DNA of 64,000 nucleotides from Puniceicoccales bacterium (GTDB lineage Bacteria; Verrucomicrobiota; Verrucomicrobiia; Opitutales; JAIRLM01): NCBI GenBank assembly GCA_031268315.1, contig JAIRXK010000021.1, positions 8,859 to 72,858 of the forward strand, read 5' to 3'. Shown piece by piece: positions 16,459 to 23,999 of this stretch (position 1 is its first letter; each line of letters starts with the position of its first letter). The notes under the pieces were generated by a model. It saw only the letters and a program-made list of their open reading frames with translations, ran no database searches and was not told where the DNA came from. The position numbers and the translations under genes were made by a program.

Positions 16459-17534
16459 ATGCGAATATCGCTAAGACTGTCAAGTACATCTACTCAACCA
16501 ACTGCCAATTCGCCCTTACTGGGTAAGTCGGACCCAACGAATACGAATTTAATCAGCGAAAAACAAAGTGCAAAATGCATTGGATTCACTACTGAAAACA
16601 TGCAAAAAAGAACCACCCATTGCGAGTGAAATTACAAAGCAATCAATAAATTTCTACGGCGTATTCACGAAACTTCCATTTGATGAAAATGAAATAGTTC
16701 AACTCTGTGATTTGTATATAAATCTTATGGTACAGTAATCAGAAATCAATCAAAGCATATCACCTGCACAACTAATTCCTATTCTCAATGGATTAAAAAA
16801 ATTCGATGTAGCACTTGCCACTGTGGTTACTATGCCAGCAATCAAAGATTGCGATGTCAGAGAAGCGATGAAAGACTCAATATGCATAATTGATTTAGAT
16901 GATAATATCAAAACTTTCATTGAAATGACTGTCGACTACGATAGAGCAAGGCGCTCTGCCGGTGAATCTGCGTTTGACGAAAAAGCATGGATCGAAAATT
17001 GCAAAGCATTGACATATTGTCCTTGCACTTTCGGTGAAAAATTATTCTATCTCCTTACCGCATTGGTAAATATTCGCAAAAATCGCGAACGTATTGCGAA
17101 ACTGGCAAATTCCGCGGACGCCACCAGCGATAGCATACAAGAAGAAGCTAAAAATCTCAAAGATCAAATTGACAACACCTTGACAACTACGCGCAAAAAG
17201 ATTATCATTAAAAATGATGGAGAAACTAAATATTTGCTGAGCAATTTTAATGCTGAAATGAGAACTTTAAAGGAAAATGGAAATGCGTTAGAAGCGAAAA
17301 AAAAGAACTCCCGAGGTAAAGGAGTTATACCGGAAATGGAACGATGCGAAGACTACCTATGAAACTACGGAAACGCAGGCAGCCTATCAGCAACAGGATG
17401 AGGCGTGCAAGGCCTATGGAGATGCGCTAAATCATGAATTTGATGAATTAAAAAATGAAGAAACGAGCCATAGGGAGTGTGTGCAACGCATTTTTGATTC
17501 CCTTTTAAATTTTTTGGGCATTGGTAGATTATAG
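16459..17534 (+). pseudogene. decayed paralogue of the 17945-19767 Inc-like/coiled-coil gene
   Basis: Nucleotide-level similarity to 18540-19700, for example gcgagtgaaattaca.agcaa and gaatttgatgaattaaaaaatgaagaaac. Homology is spread over at least 3 reading frames (stops near 16627 and 16737). There is an A8 tract at about 17307 where the intact copy has A7. The hydrophobic domain is missing. The 179-aa ORF at 16823-17362 is its largest fragment. Confidence 0.65.
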
Positions 17535-17880
17535 GATAACCAAGCCAATACTTGGGTATGTTTTTAAAGCCATTTGTGCTTTTCGACAAAAATTTTCCTA
17601 AATTGTAGCCGAAAAAAGGCCGCTATTATTCACGGCCCATTTTCTGACGTTAGCAATCTTCTGGCAACTAGCTGCGTGAAGGATTTTAAGGCATTTTATC
17701 ACGGGCCAATACGTCCACTTGTAGAAGATTTTCTTCCAACACTCCCTCATAGGACTTCGATTATGAAATATTCTCCAAAAATTTGGATCGAATTTAAAAG
17801 TGCTCTTTGCTTCAAAATTACAATACAGCCAATTAATCCTGGCCTTTAACTTATGCGATTGGGGTAAATTATTTTTTTAA

Positions 17881-17914
17881 TTGCCATTGACAGCTGGCAA
17901 ATTTCACACATAAT
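17881..17914 (+). promoter_or_regulatory. promoter with overlapping inverted repeat TTGCCA-N8-TGGCAA
   Basis: TTGACA 17887-17892, 16-nt spacer, CATAAT 17909-17914. Perfect 6-bp inverted-repeat arms at 17881-17886 and 17895-17900. AAGGGA SD before the ATG at 17945. Confidence 0.55.
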
Positions 17915-17944
17915 GAGTAAATTCCGGATGAAGGGATGTAAATC

Positions 17945-18409
17945 ATGCAGGGGATATCACGTGAAACTAAAGAACCGGACGTAAATTCGACTTCGCACGA
18001 TAATTCGAGTGAACCGGACAAGCTGGGTCCAACGGACGCAGCAGGCATAAGTCTGATCAATAGACTCAAAGCATTCGCCACTTCCTTCAAATTAAGCGGC
18101 AATGATCTGATCTTCGTCGCACTACCCGCAATCACCGGCATCATCACCGCCGGGGCGTTTTTGTTCATCCTGTCATTTGTAGCAAAAGTGGCGCTGGCCG
18201 GCTGGCTGATCGGCTTACTCATCGGCTTCAGCGCAATGATTGGACTGGCAACAGGCTCTGCCATGCAAATTATCTACGCCCCGGAAGAAGTTAAAGTGGC
18301 AAAGCATAATATTCCCAATTTAGCGAATGAGTTGAAGGCATTGAAAGCTTTGGCAAATGCGTGGAATGCATTGGATACTGTAATCGTTTTTTTAAAGATG
18401 ACGAATTAA
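17945..18409 (+). CDS. Inc-like membrane protein, N-terminal part (bilobed hydrophobic domain); probably truncated by a frameshift
   Basis: Polar ~60-aa N-terminus, then LIFVALPAITGIITAGAFLFILSFVAKVALAGWLIGLLIGFSAMIGLATGSAM. The ORF ends 16 nt after a T7 tract (18387-18393). Confidence 0.7.
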   Translation: MQGISRETKEPDVNSTSHDNSSEPDKLGPTDAAGISLINRLKAFATSFKLSGNDLIFVALPAITGIITAGAFLFILSFVAKVALAGWLIGLLIGFSAMIGLATGSAMQIIYAPEEVKVAKHNIPNLANELKALKALANAWNALDTVIVFLKMTN

Positions 18410-19767
18410 TATTTAGTGAAGACGTAATTTTAAAAATAGATGAATACTTCAAATTCCTATCCAATGAAGTGCGTAAATTAGGAGATGACAATCCATTATT
18501 TGACGGTTTTCCAACATTGAAATTTACTAATTCTGAGACGATTAATTGCGAGAAAAAGCGACTAATCAAAGCACGGAATGCATTGAATTCACTGCTAGAA
18601 GTATGCAAAAAAAATCCATCCGCTGCGAGTGAAATTACAGAGCAAGCAGTAGCTTTCTATAGGACACTTAAGATATTTCAATTCGAGGACATTGGTTATA
18701 ACTATAATCAAAAAGTATCTCTACTGAATAATCTCGCTGCAACTTTCGTGACACAGGATCAAAAAGCCGATCAAAACATATCATTTACGGAATTAATTTT
18801 TATTTTTAATAAACTGCAAAATTTCGATGCGATACTTGCCCTGGTAGTTGACATACGCGCAATCGAGGATGATAATTTCAGAGAAGCGGCAAAAGATTTA
18901 ATGCTGGTATGTTTATTACCGAAACCTAATAATTCAAATAATGTCGATATTATTTCCGAAATGATTGCCAATTATGCCGAGGCAAATCGCTCTGCCGATG
19001 AATCCGCATTTGACGGCAAAGCATGGATCGAAAATTACAAAGCATCGGGAGATAATGCTTTCGATGAGCCTCTATGCAATCTTTTCATCGCTTTAATAAA
19101 TCTCCATAGAAATCGAGAGCGCATTGCAAGACTGGCAAATTCCGCGAATGTCACCGGCGATGATGGGCAAGAAGTTCAAAATCTTAGGAAACAAATTGAC
19201 GATACCCTGGCGAATGTGCGAAAAAAGGCTATCATTAAAAATGATGGAGAAACTAAAGATTTGCTGAGCAATTTTTACGCTAACCCGAAAATTGTACAGG
19301 ACAAGGTGGATGCGATAGAAGCGAAAAAAAGAACTTCCAAAGTAGAGGGTTTGCTCCAGGAATGGAAGAATGCGGAGATTGCCTATGAAACTGCTCAAAA
19401 ACAGAAAGACTATCAGCAGTTGCGAGATGATGCTAACAAGAAATACAGAGCCTATAAGGAAGCGCAGGGCGACGAATCCAAAGAGGTTAATACGCTCCGC
19501 AGCGTATGGCATGAGGCATGTACTGTCCGTGATGCGAAAATTGAAATTGAATTTCAGACATTGGAAAGCGCGAAAGAAGCCTGGAACGATGCAATCAAAC
19601 CCGAATTTGATGAATTAAAAAATGAAGAAACAAACCATAGGAAGTGTGTGCAACGCATTTTTGATATTTTCGAGGAAAATCTTGAAGGACGTAAAACTGC
19701 CGTACTGGAAGCGAATAAAAAATTAACCGATTTTTTGAAAAAGCATAGCGCTTCGATAAGGCCTTAA
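18361..19767 (+). CDS. coiled-coil-rich protein; probably the C-terminal continuation of 17945-18409
   Basis: Long ORF with no ATG near its 5' end (the ORF track uses GTG 18361). One extra T in the T7 tract would fuse it in frame to the upstream ORF (..DTVIVFFKDDELIF..). K/E/Q/A-rich heptad-like C-terminus. Confidence 0.7.
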   Translation: MECIGYCNRFFKDDELIFSEDVILKIDEYFKFLSNEVRKLGDDNPLFDGFPTLKFTNSETINCEKKRLIKARNALNSLLEVCKKNPSAASEITEQAVAFYRTLKIFQFEDIGYNYNQKVSLLNNLAATFVTQDQKADQNISFTELIFIFNKLQNFDAILALVVDIRAIEDDNFREAAKDLMLVCLLPKPNNSNNVDIISEMIANYAEANRSADESAFDGKAWIENYKASGDNAFDEPLCNLFIALINLHRNRERIARLANSANVTGDDGQEVQNLRKQIDDTLANVRKKAIIKNDGETKDLLSNFYANPKIVQDKVDAIEAKKRTSKVEGLLQEWKNAEIAYETAQKQKDYQQLRDDANKKYRAYKEAQGDESKEVNTLRSVWHEACTVRDAKIEIEFQTLESAKEAWNDAIKPEFDELKNEETNHRKCVQRIFDIFEENLEGRKTAVLEANKKLTDFLKKHSASIRP

Positions 19768-19827
19768 ACTACTAAAAATGATACGAATTAAAATTTTTTT
19801 TACTCTTACGAGTCCATGCGGACAAAT

Positions 19828-19902
19828 TGGTAGGCCGACAGGGATTCGAACCCTGAACCAATGGCTTAAAAGGCCACTGCTCTACCGTTGAGCTACCGAC
19901 CC
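19828..19902 (-). tRNA. tRNA-Lys (anticodon UUU), CCA encoded
   Basis: The reverse complement GGGTCGGTAGCTCAACGGTAGAGCAGTGGCCTTTTAAGCCATTGGTTCAGGGTTCGAATCCCTGTCGGCCTACCA folds as a cloverleaf. D arm GCTC/GAGC. Anticodon stem GTGGC/GCCAT with loop CTTTTAA. T arm CAGGG-TTCGAAT-CCCTG. Confidence 0.9.
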
Positions 19903-19955
19903 ACTGTCGCAGTCTCGTAAAAAAAGCCGTGGGGTGTCAATGGAAAAATAAAAAT

Positions 19956-21191
19956 TTAAAAAACTTTATCATTTTCACAAAATCCTGACGGGGAAATGAT
20001 TCCAGCGCAATCACGCTTCACATATCCGCGGATAACCATGGACTGGATCATTTGCGCACATTCGATGGGGCTGAGAGAGATGCGTGCGGCGATTTCATCA
20101 ATTCCCTGCGCGCCGTAGGCACAAAGGGCATTCCAAATTTTTTCCTCCACTTCATTGAGCCCGCTTGGGGTTGGAATGGATTTCTTCGCCGGCACACTGC
20201 CATCTGAGAATGGCATCTCCATTTGCTTATTTCGCTTTTTGGGACTGCCTCCCATGAGGGCAATGATATCTTCTGCGCCCCTGATAAGGATTGCCCCCTC
20301 GCGGATAAGTTGATGGCATCCACTGCTCATTTGTTGATCGACCATTCCCGGGATAGCCGCAACGATTCGGCCCTGCTTACGTGCCATATTTGCCGTAATC
20401 ATGCTTCCTCCAGTAGTGGAAGTTTCAATGACAACGGTGACGGCAGAGAGCGCAGCAATAATGCGATTGCGCCGCGAAAAACTCCACTTTTCGACCATCT
20501 TTCCAAATTTCAATTCACTTATTAGGGTGCCACATTCCCGTATTTTTCCATAAAGTTCACGATTTTTACTGGGATAAATGTAGTCAATGCCACCCGGAAG
20601 TATGGCTACGGTTTTTCCCCCAGCTCGCAGCGCGCCGAGATGCGCAGCCATGTCAACTCCTATGGCGAGACCGCTGACGATGGTAAACCCACTTCTTGCA
20701 AGCTCATAGGCAAGTTCATTGGCAAGTTTTTCTCCGTAAAATGTGCATTGACGACTGCCGACAATGGAAATGGATTTTTCCTTCGGTGCAATGTCGCCGC
20801 TGACGTAGATGCCGATGGGTCCGTCATCAATTTCAAGGAGCCCATTCGGATAAAATTCACTTTTCCATGGAATGAACCGGGCACCGAATTGCGCCATTCG
20901 CTCCCGCTCTTCTCTCACATTGAAATGGGAATTCCAATTAATTATGCGCTTCGCGGCTTTTTGGGAAAATCCATAGCTTTCCATCAACGCATCAACCGGC
21001 AATTGGAAAATTTGCATCCAATCCGTTTCATTTTTCCTCATAATACACTGGAATGCCTTCGCACTGACGGGATCCATTGCATTTATTACCAATGAAAAGT
21101 CATCATAGGTAAGTGAACTTGTAGGTATTTCATGCATAGAATATTTCCCAAAAATCAGTTCTCTTTTCAAAGGCCGCCCGACTGATTTCAC
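19956..21191 (-). CDS. dprA: DNA-processing protein DprA (Smf)
   Basis: DprA core motifs IVSGLAIGVDMAAHLGAL, GGKTVAILPGGIDYIYPSKN, RNRIIAALS..TVVIE....GGSMITA and GRIVAAIPG. An alternative start is the ATG at 21137 (MHEIPT). Confidence 0.88.
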   Translation of the reverse strand: MKSVGRPLKRELIFGKYSMHEIPTSSLTYDDFSLVINAMDPVSAKAFQCIMRKNETDWMQIFQLPVDALMESYGFSQKAAKRIINWNSHFNVREERERMAQFGARFIPWKSEFYPNGLLEIDDGPIGIYVSGDIAPKEKSISIVGSRQCTFYGEKLANELAYELARSGFTIVSGLAIGVDMAAHLGALRAGGKTVAILPGGIDYIYPSKNRELYGKIRECGTLISELKFGKMVEKWSFSRRNRIIAALSAVTVVIETSTTGGSMITANMARKQGRIVAAIPGMVDQQMSSGCHQLIREGAILIRGAEDIIALMGGSPKKRNKQMEMPFSDGSVPAKKSIPTPSGLNEVEEKIWNALCAYGAQGIDEIAARISLSPIECAQMIQSMVIRGYVKRDCAGIISPSGFCENDKVF

Positions 21192-21358
21192 ACGCGGAAA
21201 TGAATATGTATTTAAAGATAAGCATACGGTGTGAGCCTCGGGGCAATTTTTTGGAAATGCAAGCTAAATTTAGTGGAAATTTGATATTTTTTCAGGAGCT
21301 CAAAAGTGTCTAGCATCGGCCAATTGCAAAATAAAAAAAATGCAACCACCGGAACATT

Positions 21359-23536
21359 TTAGTCTGCGGCATTGCTTGGGCGATTTTTGTACTTCTTCAG
21401 GGCGAAGCTGGCAATTTCGATGATAATCGAGGCAACAGCCACAGCGGTGAAGATTATCGTTAGAGGGCCTATGGCAAGCATATTTAGTGCAAAAGTAATT
21501 ACAATTCCAATAATTGCGACGCTGCCCACCGTGGCAATAATTATCCTAAATAGCACACTGCAAAAGAGGGATTTTTCCTCCGACTCTGTAACTTTTTCTT
21601 GCGCATTTGCCCATTGCGGCAAATTGACGAATGATTTACTGTTGCTATTTTCCGGTTGTTTTATTTGCAGTAAATCAGTGGATAATTTTTCGATTTCATT
21701 TTCTTGTTTATCTTGCATATAATTATCAACTTGTGATGAATCATTAACTGAACTTAAATCGACGGATGATTTTTCTTTATTATTTTCCGATTGACTTGTT
21801 TGCGTTAAATCATCGGATAATTTTTCGGTTTCATTTTCTTGTTTATTTTGCATATAATTATCAACTTGCGATGAGTCATTAACTGAACTTAAATCGACGA
21901 ATGATTTACTGTTGCTATTTTCCGGTTGTTTTATTTGCAGTAAATCAGTGGATAATTCTTTGGTTTCATTTTCTAATTGCGATTGATTACCTTGCAATGA
22001 AACATTAACTAAACTTAAATCGACGGATGATTCTTTTTTATTATTTTCCGATTGGCTTGCTTTCGATGAATTGGCGCGTAATGCACTGGTGACATCTTTC
22101 GATTGCGTTGGATTATCTATTTCGGATGACTCTCCCAGTAAAATACTCCTATATTCCTTCAATGATTCATTATTTATAATGCTTTCTTTATTTCGAAATT
22201 CTTCTAAAATTTCAACTGCCTTCTTTCGAGTATCTTCATTACCACTGGAGCATAGCGCCCTTATCACTTTCACCGCAATATTTGGTTTTAATCTTAAAGC
22301 ATATCCAAGAATGTTAATATCCTCTAACAGCATTATAATTGCAGCGATATTATCATCATTATCTATTTCATTTAACGCCATTTCCGGATCACTTATTTTA
22401 TGATTACCTGAAAAAATATTATCGATTTTTTTTAAATGTTCCTGATTCCCATTTTTGCCACTGATACAAAGTGCCGTTAGAGCTTTTCCTGCGGATTTTG
22501 GATTTTTATTGAAAATATCCTGTATTTTTTTTGGATTTACTTCCATTATAATTGCTGCGATAATATCATTGTCGTCAAGTGCGCACAAAACATTCCCAGC
22601 TCCTGAGGGCTGCATTGCTTCTAGAACATCAATGACTTTTTTCCCTTGCTTACTTTTTTCATTTTGACTATCGTTTACTCCTTCTTGCGCGCTATCTTTA
22701 TTTTGATCGCCGTGCGCATACATCTTTGCTAGAATCCTCCCTGCACCTACAGCATCTTTATCTAAAATATTTGCTAGCTTGTAAAGGAAATTATCATCAA
22801 TCTCCATGATAGTCGCTATGGCGGAATTCTCATCCATTTTTTCAAGGGCTTCCATGGCACAACCACAGGATATTCCTAATAGAATATTGACGGCTTGTTC
22901 ATTTTTGCGATTCGCTACAAGCTCATTCATGATTTTCACTGCAATGTCAACATTTTTATTCATAATTCTTCTCATAGTATGGGAATCAATTTGATCGGTA
23001 ATTGCTATGAAGTCTTTTTCATTTTTTACTGTGATTAGGGCCGCTGCAGCTTCTCCTGAATCATACCCAGCAACCTCTTCCAAAATTCTAACAGCTTTTT
23101 TGATTTGCTGGTCCCTTTCCTCTTGATTGCCATAGGAACACAGCGCCTTTAGAACTCTTTCAGCAGTCTCGGCATGTCCCCTAAAAATATTTGCCACACT
23201 TCCATCATCCATTTCCATCACAATTCCAGCTAGATCCTCATCGGAATCGATCATCCCAATGGCCATGCTCTGAATGCTCGGACGGTACTCCATCAGGATG
23301 GATACCGCATTTTTAAAAATTTTTCCCCCATTGGTATCCGCAATCAATGCGGCGCTAATGGAACCCTTTAGGCGTCTTGCCGCTCCCTCTTCTTGGGGTG
23401 ATGCGTGATTTCTAGGCGATGTTCGGACTGCGTCCATGAGCTTAGGCGGAGTCTGTTCCAGTGGTTTGCTAGTTGGATCAACAACATTGACAACGTCTAA
23501 ATATTGAGTCGATCTCCCTTGGTTTACGACCTGCAT
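21359..23536 (-). CDS. tail-anchored helical-repeat protein (MgtE-N/FliG-like repeats, acidic 45-aa tandem repeats, C-terminal bilobed hydrophobic domain)
   Basis: Repeats such as VIDVLEAMQPSGAGNVLCALDDNDIIAAIIMEVNPKKIQDIFNKNPKSAGKALTALC. C-terminus LFRIIIATVGSVAIIGIVITFALNMLAIGPLTIIFTAVAVASIIIEIASFAL. I chose the ATG at 23536 (MQVVNQ) because the promoter box lies between it and the first ATG in the ORF track (23557). Confidence 0.8.
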   Translation of the reverse strand: MQVVNQGRSTQYLDVVNVVDPTSKPLEQTPPKLMDAVRTSPRNHASPQEEGAARRLKGSISAALIADTNGGKIFKNAVSILMEYRPSIQSMAIGMIDSDEDLAGIVMEMDDGSVANIFRGHAETAERVLKALCSYGNQEERDQQIKKAVRILEEVAGYDSGEAAAALITVKNEKDFIAITDQIDSHTMRRIMNKNVDIAVKIMNELVANRKNEQAVNILLGISCGCAMEALEKMDENSAIATIMEIDDNFLYKLANILDKDAVGAGRILAKMYAHGDQNKDSAQEGVNDSQNEKSKQGKKVIDVLEAMQPSGAGNVLCALDDNDIIAAIIMEVNPKKIQDIFNKNPKSAGKALTALCISGKNGNQEHLKKIDNIFSGNHKISDPEMALNEIDNDDNIAAIIMLLEDINILGYALRLKPNIAVKVIRALCSSGNEDTRKKAVEILEEFRNKESIINNESLKEYRSILLGESSEIDNPTQSKDVTSALRANSSKASQSENNKKESSVDLSLVNVSLQGNQSQLENETKELSTDLLQIKQPENSNSKSFVDLSSVNDSSQVDNYMQNKQENETEKLSDDLTQTSQSENNKEKSSVDLSSVNDSSQVDNYMQDKQENEIEKLSTDLLQIKQPENSNSKSFVNLPQWANAQEKVTESEEKSLFCSVLFRIIIATVGSVAIIGIVITFALNMLAIGPLTIIFTAVAVASIIIEIASFALKKYKNRPSNAAD
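21626..22070 (-). repeat. about 3.5 tandem 135-bp (45-aa) coding repeats, alternating A/B subtypes
   Basis: Units start at 21626, 21761, 21896 and 22022 (plus-strand gacgaatgat / gacggatgat). Long identical stretches occur, for example ctgttgctattttccggttgttttatttgcagtaaatcagtggataatt, which appears twice. Confidence 0.85.
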
Positions 23537-23543
23537 ATTCCTT

Positions 23544-23571
23544 ACCATATGGAGCATCGTTCAATTGTCAA
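23544..23571 (-). promoter_or_regulatory. putative promoter of 21359-23536 (same TTCATTGACAAT box as the P array); leaderless geometry
   Basis: The minus strand reads ttcaTTGACAattgaacgatgctccaTATGGTaaggaatATG. -35 at 23566-23571, 16-nt spacer, -10 at 23544-23549. The ATG starts 8 nt after the -10. Confidence 0.45.
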
Positions 23572-23960
23572 TGAATTAAGAAAATATGGTCCATTAAAAT
23601 TTTTTTCTGTGATTTTTTTAATTTCCGATTAAATTTTTCGATGTGAAAGCGAATTTCGAATCGCCACTCCCCCGCAACATTCGCATTTTCATATTTTCTC
23701 CATTTGCTGCAATAAGCATTAAATCACTCGTCATTAGCCATTTAATCCTATCTCTAGAAGCGTAACTACCGCGCCTGATTGCAGTGGCAGTGCCGTTTGC
23801 AAACAATCCTTTCGAAATGAATCACACTGATTCACGATAAAATTTCTGCAAAATTTGCCAGATGTTTTAGTGCCGTAGGAAATTCTTGAAAAAACGCACA
23901 TCAAATTTATGGAAAGCATTCTAGATTTTTTATATTCCGTTTGCAAAAGTAAAATAATGG

Positions 23961-23989
23961 TTGACTTCCTTCGCATTTTACCATGAAAT
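23961..23989 (+). promoter_or_regulatory. putative promoter of the giant gene; near-leaderless geometry
   Basis: TTGACT 23961-23966 (the TTG is the 'start' used by the ORF track), 17-nt spacer, TGAAAT 23984-23989. The ATG is at 24000. Confidence 0.4.
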
Positions 23990-23999
23990 ATCATACTTC

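Noticed and set aside
17590-17860. ~270-bp segment open on both strands (91-aa plus ORF; ~95-codon minus frame ..RINWLYCNFEAKSTFKFDPNFWRIFHNRSPMRECWKK..) that I considered as a transposase or other gene remnant
   Set aside because: I found no recognisable catalytic or family motif, no inverted repeats and no credible start. I leave it unannotated. A BLASTX or tBLASTn search would settle it.
17895-17912. Reading the TGGCAA element as a sigma-54 (-24 GG / -12 GC) promoter
   Set aside because: No TTGC[AT] element occurs at the required 4-5-nt spacing downstream of TGGCA in any of the three sites. A sigma70-type TTGACA-16-CATAAT fits better.
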